A stretch of 64,000 nt of DNA, from the NCBI GenBank assembly GCA_964291235.2, contig OZ219816.1:1632001-1696000 (forward strand), given 5' to 3'. The first letter of the stretch is position 1; each line of letters begins with the position of its first letter. The notes under the pieces are model-generated. The model was not told the DNA's origin. It searched no databases and was given only the letters and a program-made list of their open reading frames with translations. Source of the DNA: Vicinamibacteria bacterium. GTDB lineage: Bacteria; Acidobacteriota; Vicinamibacteria; Marinacidobacterales; Marinacidobacteraceae. Shown here piece after piece: positions 1 to 8,948 of the stretch. A program made the position numbers and the translations under genes.

Positions 1-618
1 GCGCTCGCCGCGGTGTTGGGCGGAACGCAGTCACTCCACACGAACGCGCTCGACGAGGCGCTCGGCCTCCCGACCGAGGAAACCGCCGAACTGGCGCTCC
101 GCACGCAGCAGGTGATCGCCTTCGAAAGCGGGGTGGCGGCCACCGTCGATCCGCTCGGGGGCTCCTGGGCGATCGAGGCGCTCACCGACCAGATCGAGGC
201 AGAGGCGCTCGACTGGATCGAACAGGTGGATCGCCTGGGCGGCGCGGTCGCGGCCATCGACGCCGGTTTCGTCCAGGCGCGCATCCAGGAGGCGGCCTAC
301 GCCTACCAGCAGGATGTGGAAGCCGGCGACGAGATCGTCGTCGGGGTGAACCGCTTCCGGCGCGAGGGGGAAAGAAGCAGGGTCGAACCCTTCGAGCTGG
401 ATGCCCGGACCGAAGCCTCGCAGGTGGCGCGCGTCCGGGCGGTGCGAGCCCGGCGGGACGGAGCGGCGGTGGACGCCGCACTTCGGGACATCGGCAGCGT
501 GGCGTCGCGCGGCGGCAATCTGATGCCCGCCATCCTGGACGCCGTTTCCGCGCTGGCCACCGTCGGGGAGATCAGCGACGCACTGAGGGCGGTCTTCGGC
601 GAGCACCGGGGACGCTGA
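1..618 (+). CDS. Methylmalonyl-CoA mutase family, substrate-binding subunit (3' part; truncated by window edge)
   Basis: LGGTQSLHTNALDEALGLPTE, ALRTQQVIA-ESG, DPLGGS, VVGVNRF, GNLMP and TVGEISDALR motifs; no fused B12-binding domain. Confidence 0.93.
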   Translation, partial: ALAAVLGGTQSLHTNALDEALGLPTEETAELALRTQQVIAFESGVAATVDPLGGSWAIEALTDQIEAEALDWIEQVDRLGGAVAAIDAGFVQARIQEAAYAYQQDVEAGDEIVVGVNRFRREGERSRVEPFELDARTEASQVARVRAVRARRDGAAVDAALRDIGSVASRGGNLMPAILDAVSALATVGEISDALRAVFGEHRGR

Positions 619-623
619 TCCCG

Positions 624-1241
624 GTGCCCGACCCGCCGGTGGATCCCCTGCCGGCCGTCGTTGCCGCCCACCGGTATTCCGATTTCCGGCAACGGCTCCG
701 CGACAGCGGTTGTACGCGGTGCGGGCTGTCGGCCGACAGGACCCACATCGTGGTGGACCGCGGAAGTCCGGATGCCGCCATCCTGGCGGTGGGGGAGGCG
801 CCCGGGGCGTCGGAGGACGCTCGGGGCATGGCGTTTTGCGGCCGCGCCGGCAAGATGCTCGACGAGTTGTTCCGAAAGGCGGGCCTCGCGACCGACGAGC
901 ACCTGCTCATCGTGAACGTGGTGAAGTGCCGCCCGCCCGGCAACCGGGCGCCGCGGGTGGAGGAGGCAGCGAGCTGCCGGCCGTTTCTGGAACGCCAGCT
1001 CGAATTGTCGCCGGCCCGGATCGTCGCGCTCATGGGAGCAACCGCGCTGAAACACTTCTCCCCGGAACGCGCGCGGGGGCCGCTCTCCGCCCGGGTGGGC
1101 CGGTTTTTCTCCCTGCCGGCGTGGCCTGACCGTGACTTCGTGACCCTCTACCACCCGGCAGCCATTCTGTACAACCGCTCACTCGAACCGCTGGCGCAGC
1201 GGCACATCCAGGCGGTTGCGGCGCGGGCCGGGCTCCCCTGA
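624..1241 (+). CDS. Uracil-DNA glycosylase, family 4 (Fe-S type)
   Basis: CTRCGL, VGEAPG, F-GRAG, NVVKCRPPGNR, C-PFL and YHPAA motifs. Confidence 0.92.
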   Translation: MPDPPVDPLPAVVAAHRYSDFRQRLRDSGCTRCGLSADRTHIVVDRGSPDAAILAVGEAPGASEDARGMAFCGRAGKMLDELFRKAGLATDEHLLIVNVVKCRPPGNRAPRVEEAASCRPFLERQLELSPARIVALMGATALKHFSPERARGPLSARVGRFFSLPAWPDRDFVTLYHPAAILYNRSLEPLAQRHIQAVAARAGLP

Positions 1242-1282
1242 CCGGAATACCCCGACGCCGCCGGCCCGCGACCGCTGCCGCC

Positions 1283-1987
1283 CTACGGCGGAAAAAGAGT
1301 CGGGTCGCCACGGAGTTCCCGAATCACTTCCCAACTCCAGCTCAGCCGGGTCTCCGCCGGCAACCCGCCGGTTTGGCGGTGGTAGCGACGCAGGAACCGC
1401 TCGGTCGCCGCGTTGACGTAGCCCCCGCCCTTCACTGCCCCGTACTCGGCAACGTATTTCTCCATCAGGGAGCCAATCAGGGCGTCCCGGCGGTCCTTGG
1501 CGATCACGCTCGCCGCCGCGACCGCCACGTGGTGCGATTCCCCGTCGTCCACCGCCTCCAGGTGCGGATAGCGCGGGCGAAGCGCTTCGAAAAGGCGCCT
1601 TCCATCCGCCACCACCCGATGCACGGTTCCCGCTTCGCGCACGATTTCATCGGCGGCGCGGCGTTCCAGGACGTTCAGGTCCCCGGCGGCGGCGTAGCGA
1701 TCCACCTCGGCGGCATCGAGCACCCGGACCACAATGTTCTCCGCCAGGCGCTCGATGTGGGCGGTCAGCGCCCGGCGGTGCGTGCGGGCGGCGTCGCCGG
1801 CGCCGAACCGCTTGGAGTCCCGCACCCCCAGCCGGGTCAAGGCGCCAGCCTTCAGGGGATCCACAACGACGCCGGCCACCACCAGCGGTCCAAGCACCGC
1901 GCCGCGTCCCGCCTCGTCGAGGCCGAGGACCTGGCGACCCCGCAAAGCGGGTCCCGGCTCACGCGACATCGGCTGCGGCCCGGGCAA
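1283..1987 (-). CDS. rnhB: Ribonuclease HII (archaeal-like sequence features)
   Basis: GLDEAGRG-VLGPLVVAG, GVRDSK, ADG, VAAASVIAK-RD, GGGY and R-SW; start may be a few codons downstream. Confidence 0.88.
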   Translation of the reverse strand: MPGPQPMSREPGPALRGRQVLGLDEAGRGAVLGPLVVAGVVVDPLKAGALTRLGVRDSKRFGAGDAARTHRRALTAHIERLAENIVVRVLDAAEVDRYAAAGDLNVLERRAADEIVREAGTVHRVVADGRRLFEALRPRYPHLEAVDDGESHHVAVAAASVIAKDRRDALIGSLMEKYVAEYGAVKGGGYVNAATERFLRRYHRQTGGLPAETRLSWSWEVIRELRGDPTLFPP

Positions 1988-2082
1988 TCCACCGGCCGGC
2001 GGCGGCAGGCGCGGAGACCGGCTCGCCGAAATAAAGTTCCGTTCGTAACATGAATAATCAGCGCATCAGAAGTAAGCAGGGC

Positions 2083-3525
2083 ATGGGCCGCTACAACGTC
2101 GTAATCATCGGGGCGGGGACCGCAGGTCTCGTGACCGCTGCCGGCACCGCCGGGCTCGGGGGACGGGTCGCACTGGTGGAAGCCGCCAAGATGGGTGGCG
2201 ATTGTCTCAACTACGGGTGCGTCCCTTCCAAGGCGCTCGTCTCGACCTCGAAACTGATCCAGGGCATCCGCAACGCCGAAGCCCACGGCCTCGATGCCAT
2301 GGAACCCCGTTTCCGCTTCGAGCGGGTCTTCGAACACATGCGCGAACGCCGCGCCCGGATCGCTCCCAACGACTCGGTGGAAAGGTTCACCGGACTAGGG
2401 GTGGATGTCTTCGAGGCGCGCGCCAAGTTTGTCAGCCCGCACGAAGTCGAACTCGACGACGGAACACGTCTCGAGGGAGCCCACTTCGTGATCGCTACCG
2501 GCACGAAGCCCTTCGTGCCGCCCATTCCGGGCCTTGACGGCGTCCCCTTCCTCACCAACGAAACCTTCTTCGACGAGCAGGAGCAGGCACCCGAATCACT
2601 GATCGTCCTGGGTGGCGGCCCCATCGGCTGCGAGATGGGCCAGGTGATGAACCGACTCGGGGTGCGGGTCACCATCCTCACCGACGTCCGCCGCCTCCTG
2701 CCCCGGGATGACCACGAGGCCTCGGCAGTCGTACACGACGCCTTCGCCGACGAAGGCATCGAGATCGTCACCGGCTGCCGGGTCACGTCCTTCCGGCAGG
2801 AGGCAAGCGGCGGGATCACCGCGGAGATGGACGGCGACTGCGGGTTCCGGACCGTCACCGCATCCCGGGTGCTGGTCGCCACCGGGCGATCCCCCAACGT
2901 GCAGGGTCTCGGCCTCGAGGCTGCCGGAGTCCGCTTCGACGCCCGCGCCGGAGTTCCGGTGGACGCCGGCCTGCGAACGAACGTCGCCCACATCTACGCC
3001 TGCGGCGATGTCGCCGGGCCCTACCGCTTCACCCATACCGCCGACTACCAGGCGCGCCTGGCGGTGCGGAACATCCTGCTGCCGCCTCCCCTCCCCCGGG
3101 CGAAGGCCGACTACCGGTACGTCCCGTGGGTGACCTACGTGGACCCGGAAGTCGCCCACTTCGGGCTCCGGGAAGAGGACGCCGCTGCGCAGGGGATTGC
3201 GGTGGACGTCCACCGGCACCACAACGACGACCTCGACCGGGCGATCACCGAGTCCGCCACGCGCGGGTTCGTGAAGGTCGTAACCCGGAAGGGCAAGGAC
3301 ACCATTCTCGGCGCCACCGTCTGCGGGCCGCGCGGGGGTGAGATCCTTCACGAGATCATGGTGGCGGCCAAACACGGTGTCGGCCTCGCGGCGCTCTCTT
3401 CGACGATCCACGGTTACCCGACCTGGGCACAGGCGGCCCAGCGGGTCGCCGATGCCTACCAGCGCACCCGGCTCACCCCGCGGGCGAAAGCGATCTTCGA
3501 GTGGCTCTACCGGAGGCGGCGATGA
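2083..3525 (+). CDS. Pyridine nucleotide-disulfide oxidoreductase (mercuric reductase/lipoamide dehydrogenase-like)
   Basis: IIGAGTAG, GGDCLNYGCVPSK redox disulfide, GGGPIG-E, IYACGD and H-YPT; lacks the MerA C-terminal Cys pair. Confidence 0.9.
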   Translation: MGRYNVVIIGAGTAGLVTAAGTAGLGGRVALVEAAKMGGDCLNYGCVPSKALVSTSKLIQGIRNAEAHGLDAMEPRFRFERVFEHMRERRARIAPNDSVERFTGLGVDVFEARAKFVSPHEVELDDGTRLEGAHFVIATGTKPFVPPIPGLDGVPFLTNETFFDEQEQAPESLIVLGGGPIGCEMGQVMNRLGVRVTILTDVRRLLPRDDHEASAVVHDAFADEGIEIVTGCRVTSFRQEASGGITAEMDGDCGFRTVTASRVLVATGRSPNVQGLGLEAAGVRFDARAGVPVDAGLRTNVAHIYACGDVAGPYRFTHTADYQARLAVRNILLPPPLPRAKADYRYVPWVTYVDPEVAHFGLREEDAAAQGIAVDVHRHHNDDLDRAITESATRGFVKVVTRKGKDTILGATVCGPRGGEILHEIMVAAKHGVGLAALSSTIHGYPTWAQAAQRVADAYQRTRLTPRAKAIFEWLYRRRR

Positions 3526-4199
3526 GCAGGAACCTCAAGTTGGGCGCGATCCTCGTCCTGATCGTCGCCCTGGTGGTCGTCTTCCCGATCGGCGACTGGA
3601 TCCAGGCGGGCGCCGAATGGGCCCAGGAACAGGGAACGCTGGGTCTGGTGGCCTTTGCGGCCCTCTACGCGGTCGCCACCGTGTTCGCCGTCCCCGGATC
3701 GGCGCTCACCCTGATCGCGGGAGGCGCCTTCGGGGTGGCTTCCGGGACGATCGCGGTCTGGTTCGGAGCGACGGCGGGACTCGCGCTCGCCTTCCTGGCC
3801 GCCCGGCGATTGGCCCGGGACCGGGTGGCTCGCTGGCTCTCGGCCAAACCTTCGTTCGCCGCGGTGGACCGGGCGGTCGCCGCCGAAGGCTGGAAGATCG
3901 TCTTCCTCACCCGGCTCACTCCGGTCTTCCCGTTTACCGTCCTGAACTACGCCTACGGCCTGACGGGCGTGAGCTTCGGCGGCTACCTGCTGGCCTCGGC
4001 GACGGGGATCCTCCCCGGAACCCTGCTCTACATCTACCTCGGGAGCAGCGTCGCCCGGACCGTCGCCGGCGAATCGGACCCGCTCGAGACCCTGTTGCGG
4101 GTCGTCGGGCTGGCGGCCTTCGTGCTCGTGACGATCCTCATCACCCGCGTCGCCCGCCGGGCGCTCCGCGAAGCCGGTGTCGAATCCGAAGGTTCCTGA
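3522..4199 (+). CDS. TVP38/TMEM64 (VTT, DedA-like) membrane protein
   Basis: ATGA overlap with upstream gene; VPGS-LTL-AG-FG, RLTPVFPF-LNYAYG and GILPGT-LY-Y-G. Confidence 0.9.
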   Translation: MSRNLKLGAILVLIVALVVVFPIGDWIQAGAEWAQEQGTLGLVAFAALYAVATVFAVPGSALTLIAGGAFGVASGTIAVWFGATAGLALAFLAARRLARDRVARWLSAKPSFAAVDRAVAAEGWKIVFLTRLTPVFPFTVLNYAYGLTGVSFGGYLLASATGILPGTLLYIYLGSSVARTVAGESDPLETLLRVVGLAAFVLVTILITRVARRALREAGVESEGS

Positions 4200-4203
4200 A
4201 CGG

Positions 4204-6949
4204 ATGCGGCTCCCGAACCGGCTTCTGGTCGGCGTCGCGGCGCTCCTGCTCATCAACTCCGGCTACCTGATCGCGGCCCGGGGGGCGACCCTCTTCCACG
4301 CCGCCCAGATCCTCCTGCATCCGGTCCTCGGGATCGCCGCTCTGAAGCTCATCCTGTGGGGCTGGAAGACGATCGCCCCGGCGCTCCGGAGCGATCCACT
4401 GCGCCGCTGGTTCTGGATCTCGGGGGGGCTGCTCGCGGTCAGCGGTCTCGGACTGTTCGTCTTCGGCGCCCTGCCCGAGACCCGGCCCCTGCTCTACCTC
4501 CACCTCGCCAGCGCCGCCGGGTTCGCGGGGCTGCTCGCCCGGCGGCGGGTACTGCTCGCTCCGCTCCTGCTGGCCGTTGCCGTTCCGGCGGGAGGGTTTC
4601 TTCGACCACTGCTGCCCGATCCCGGACCCGTGCTGAACGCCGGCCTGCCCCCGGCAACCATGACCGGCGAGGCCATGGGAGGCGCCGAAGGGCCGTTTTT
4701 TCCCTTCCTCAGCCGAAACGGAGCACGGTGGCCTCATTCCCGAGGAGTTCTTCCTCGAGAGCGGCAAGTGCGCCCGCTGCCACGCCGACATCACCCACCA
4801 GTGGAGCGAGTCGGCGCACCGCTTCGCGTCGTTCAACAACCCCTGGTACCGGCGCTCCATCGAATACATGCAGGACGTGGTGGGGGTGACCCCCTCCAAG
4901 TGGTGCGCCGGCTGCCACGACCACGCGGTCCTCTTCAGCGGTCAGATGGACCGCCCGGTCGCCGAGATCGTGGACCGTCCCTCGGCGAGCGCCGGACTTG
5001 GCTGCGTCTCCTGTCACGCCATCACCCGCGTAAAGGACACCATGGGGAACGCCGGCTTCGTCATCGAGTACCCCGAGATGCACGACCTGGCAGCTTCCGA
5101 CGACCCGCTGGTCCGTTCGCTCCACGACCTGGTGATCCACCTCGACCCCCAACCCCACATCCAGGCGTTCCTGAAACCGCTCCACACCGGCGACAGCTCG
5201 GCGTTTTGTTCGACCTGCCACAAGGTCCACCTCGACCAGCCGGTGAACGACTACCGCTGGCTTCGCGGCTTCAACAGCTACGACAACTGGCAGGCGAGCG
5301 GGGTCTCGGGAGAGGGCGCGCGGTCGTTCTACTACCCCGATTCTCCGAAGACCTGCGCCGACTGCCACATGCCGCCGGTCGCCGGCGAGGATCCGGCGGC
5401 CCGGAACGGCCTGCTCCGTTCCCACCGTTTCGCAACCGCAAACACCGCGCTTCCCACCCACTTCGGCCTCGACGAGCAGCTCCAGGCGGTTCGCGACTTC
5501 CTGCGCGCCGGTCAGGTGACGGTGGACATCTTCGGCCTGGTGCGCGACGACGCGGGGGAAGCGGCGGGCGCGGGGAGCCTCTCGGGCGGCGCGGATCCCC
5601 TGGTTCTCGCGTCCACCTTCGCGGTCGGCGAGGAAGCGGCGGCGCCAACCGGGCGCTATGCCCCTTCGGGGCCCCTTGGCGCGCTAAGCGCCCCGCTGGA
5701 CGAAGCGCTGCCCGCCCTGGTCCCCGGGGAAACGGTGCGGGTGGACGTCGTGGTGCGCACCAGGAACGTGGGGCACTTCTTTCCGAGCGGCACGATCGAT
5801 GCCCAGGAGGTCTGGCTCGAGTTCCGCGCCGAAGACGCCGCCGGAAGACCCTTCTTCTGGAGCGGGTTCACCGGCGAAGCGGGCGAGGCCACGAACGCCC
5901 CGGTGGATCGCTCCGCTCACTTCTTCCGCTCGCTGCTCCTCGACGCCCAAGGCAATCCCATCAACAAGCGAAACGCCTGGTCGGCGCGCAGCGTGCTCTA
6001 CGTCTCTCCCATTCCTCCCGGCGCGGCGCACACCGTGCGCTACCGGCTCCGGGTTCCGGAAGACGTCGAGGGGCCGGTCACCCTCAACGCGCGGTTGAAC
6101 TACCGAAAGTTCGACTGGTGGCACACCCAGTGGACCTTCCGGGGCGAACTCGACGAGAGCGGCGCAGTGGCCTCCGGGTACGACAATCGGGAGGTTCGGT
6201 TCGACGAGGCCATCCCGGCGCCGGACATCCCGATCGTCGAGATGGCCACCGATTCGCTGCGACTTCCGGTCGCCGCCGAGGCGAGTCCCACTGCCGAACC
6301 GGCCGGCGGCGATCTGCCCCGGGCGCTCCGCTTCAACGACTACGGGATCGGCTTGCTGCTCCAGGGCGATCTCCGGGGTGCCGAGGCGGCGTTCTCGACG
6401 GTCGCCGGGCTCGCCCCCGAATACGCGGACGCTCCGGTGAACCTCGCCCGGGTTCGTCTTCAGGAGGGTGATCCCGAGGGCGCCCAGGAGGCGGCGGAAC
6501 GGGCGCTGGCGCTCGCTCCCGGCCTCCCTCGGGCACTCTTCTTCCGGGCGATGGCGCTGAAGGCGCTCGGGCGCTACGACGAGGCGCTGTCCGACCTCCG
6601 CGCCGTGCAAGAAACCTATCCCCGGGACCGCGTGGTCAACAACCAGGTCGGGCGGCTGCTCTTCCTCAAGCGGGAATACGCCGAAGCGGTCGCGGTGCTC
6701 GAGAAGACGCTTTCCATCGATCCCGAGGACCTCGAGGCCCACTACAACCTGATGCTCGCCTCCCAGGGGCTCCGCGATCCGGAGCGCGCCGCCCGGCACC
6801 GGGAGCTCTACATGCGCTTCAAGGCAGATGAAGCCTCCCAGTTCGTGACCGGGGAGTACCGCCGGACGCATCCGGAAGACAACAACGAGCGGCTGCCCAT
6901 CCATGAGCACCAGGACGGTCTGGGTTCGCAGGAACCGCGGCACGAATAG
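4204..6949 (+). CDS. Membrane-anchored pentaheme c-type cytochrome with C-terminal TPR repeats (one +1 frameshift at T6, 4696-4701)
   Basis: N-terminal TM helices; removing one T gives GPFFPSSAETEHGGLIPEEFFLESGKCARCH in frame with ORF 4868-6949; CxxCH motifs CARCH, CAGCH, CVSCH, CSTCH, CADCH; TPR-like helices at the C-terminus. Confidence 0.85.
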
Positions 6950-7111
6950 CCGCGCGGCAGTTCGGGGGGCGCCGGCCCCCGGGTGGCAGGTTGGCTCCCG
7001 GGCCCCGGAGGCAGTTCGCCGTGACGCCAGCCGGACAGCGCGGCATCCGGAGAATGGGCGCTCCGATCTCTCCGGCGGAAGGATGAGAAATCCCGGCTAG
7101 GATTTGTCGTC

Positions 7112-7225
7112 ATGCCCGTCGAGATTGGCCGAGCCGAAGATCCCGACGAGTACCTGAACGCTGTCGAAGACACGATGAACGAGTGGGAATCGAAGGAAGA
7201 CGAGATCGCCTGGCGTGATTCCTGA
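7112..7225 (+). pseudogene. 37-aa ORF resembling the C-terminal tail of AbrB/MazE-type antitoxins
   Basis: Hand translation MPVEIGRAEDPDEYLNAVEDTMNEWESKEDEIAWRDS*; the EYL-A-E-T--EW-S-EDE-AWRD pattern is typical of those tails. Confidence 0.5.
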
Positions 7226-7244
7226 TGCGCGGGAAGTAGGACGA

Positions 7245-8948
7245 GTGCCGCGACGGGACTCGCCGTTCAGGCGGGTGGCCGCCCCGGGATCGGGAGCAGT
7301 CCGGCGCGCCGGGACGCTCCTCGCCGCCTTCGCCCTGGCCGGAACCGGAGCCGCGCAGGAGGCGCGCTTCGTGGACGTCACCGAGGCCGCGGGGATCCAC
7401 TTCGTGCACGAGAACGGCGCCTTCGGCGAGAAGTACCTTCCGGAGACGATGGGCAGCGGGGTCGCCTTCTTCGACGCCGACGGCGACGGGGATCAGGATC
7501 TGCTCTTCGTCAACAGCCGGCGCTGGCCGGGTCAGCGGACCGAACCCGAACCCACCTCCGCTCTCTACCGAAACCGGGGAGACGGCACCTTCGAGGACGC
7601 GACCGCCGGCTCGGGGCTGGACACTCCCGCCTACGGCATCGGCGTGGCGACCGCCGACTACGACGCCGACGGGGATCAGGATCTCTACCTGACGGTTCTC
7701 GGGCCGAACCGCCTGCTCGAGAACACCGGCGGCGGCGTGTTCCGGGAGGCGCCCCACGCGGCTTCGGTAGCCGATCCGGGGTTTTCGAGCGGCGCGACCT
7801 GGTTCGACGCCGACGGCGACGGAGATCTGGATCTGTTCGTGCTGAACTACGTGGAGTGGTCCGTCGAAGAGGACATCTACTGCGCGCTCGACGGGGTGAA
7901 CAAGAGCTACTGCACGCCCGAGTCCTATAACGGCGCGAGCGCCATCCTCTACCGGAACGACGGGCCCGGCGGATTCACCGACGTGACCGCGGAAGCGGGG
8001 CTCTTCAACCCCCGCGGCAAGGGACTGGGAGCGGCGGTTCTCGACTTCGACGGCGACGGGCTGTTCGACCTCGCGGTGGCGAACGACACGCAACCCAACT
8101 ACCTCTACCGGAATCTCGGGGAGGGGCGCTTCGAGGATACCGGGGTGCTGGCCGGAATCGCCTTCGCGGAGAATGGCGCCGCCCGGGGCGCCATGGGGAT
8201 CGACGCCTCCGACTACGACGGCGACGGCCTGCCGGATCTCGTCATCGGGAACTTCTCGAACGAGATGGTCTCGCTCTACCACAACGAGGGGGTTGGCTTC
8301 TTCATCGATCAGGCTCCGGTGTCCGAGATCGGCCGGAACAGTCTCCTCACCCTCGCGTTCGGGGCCTTCTTCTTCGACTACGACCTCGACGGCCGCCAGG
8401 ACATCTTCCTGACGAACGGCCACGTCGAAACCGACATCGCGGCCGTCCAGCAGCGCGTCAACTACCGCCAGCCGCCGCACCTCTTCCGCAACCGGGGCGA
8501 CGGCGGATTTGATGAGGTGACGGCGTCGTCGCCGGATCTGGCCCGCGCGATGGTGGGCCGCGGAGCCGCCTTCGGCGACATCGACGGTGACGGCGACCCG
8601 GACCTCGTGGTGAGCCAGAACGGGGCTCCGGCGCAGCTCTTCCGCAACGACGGGGGTGAGAGAAACGACTGGATCGGTTTCCGCCTCCGGGGACACAATT
8701 CGAACCGTGACGGAATCGGTGCGAAGATCACCGTTGTCATCGAAAACGCCGGCATGACCCGCACCGAAACCCGCGTCGTCAAAAGCGCCACCGGATACGC
8801 ATCGCAGAATCAGCTTGAAGTGATCCTCGGTCTCGGCTCCGGCGGCCGCGCCGTATCGGCCGAGGTGGTGTGGCCCTCCGGAGCCCGGAGCTCGATCGAG
8901 GCGCCCGCGGCGCGGCAGGTGCTGCTCGTGGAGGAGCCCTCGTCGTGA
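7245..8948 (+). CDS. CRTAC1 family protein (FG-GAP/VCBS repeats plus ASPIC/UnbV domain)
   Basis: FVDVTEAAGI-F-H, PETMGSGVAFFD, repeated D-DGDG-DL, RGAAFGDIDGDGD and NRDGIGAKITV...GLG; start uncertain. Confidence 0.92.
   Translation: MPRRDSPFRRVAAPGSGAVRRAGTLLAAFALAGTGAAQEARFVDVTEAAGIHFVHENGAFGEKYLPETMGSGVAFFDADGDGDQDLLFVNSRRWPGQRTEPEPTSALYRNRGDGTFEDATAGSGLDTPAYGIGVATADYDADGDQDLYLTVLGPNRLLENTGGGVFREAPHAASVADPGFSSGATWFDADGDGDLDLFVLNYVEWSVEEDIYCALDGVNKSYCTPESYNGASAILYRNDGPGGFTDVTAEAGLFNPRGKGLGAAVLDFDGDGLFDLAVANDTQPNYLYRNLGEGRFEDTGVLAGIAFAENGAARGAMGIDASDYDGDGLPDLVIGNFSNEMVSLYHNEGVGFFIDQAPVSEIGRNSLLTLAFGAFFFDYDLDGRQDIFLTNGHVETDIAAVQQRVNYRQPPHLFRNRGDGGFDEVTASSPDLARAMVGRGAAFGDIDGDGDPDLVVSQNGAPAQLFRNDGGERNDWIGFRLRGHNSNRDGIGAKITVVIENAGMTRTETRVVKSATGYASQNQLEVILGLGSGGRAVSAEVVWPSGARSSIEAPAARQVLLVEEPSS

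Noticed and set aside
2083-3525. Bona fide mercuric reductase MerA
   Set aside because: No NmerA domain, no C-terminal Cys-Cys and no mer operon genes
4177-6471. 764-aa ORF as an independent protein
   Set aside because: Only the first ~165 codons after 4204 are protein-like; the rest is off-frame readthrough caused by the frameshift
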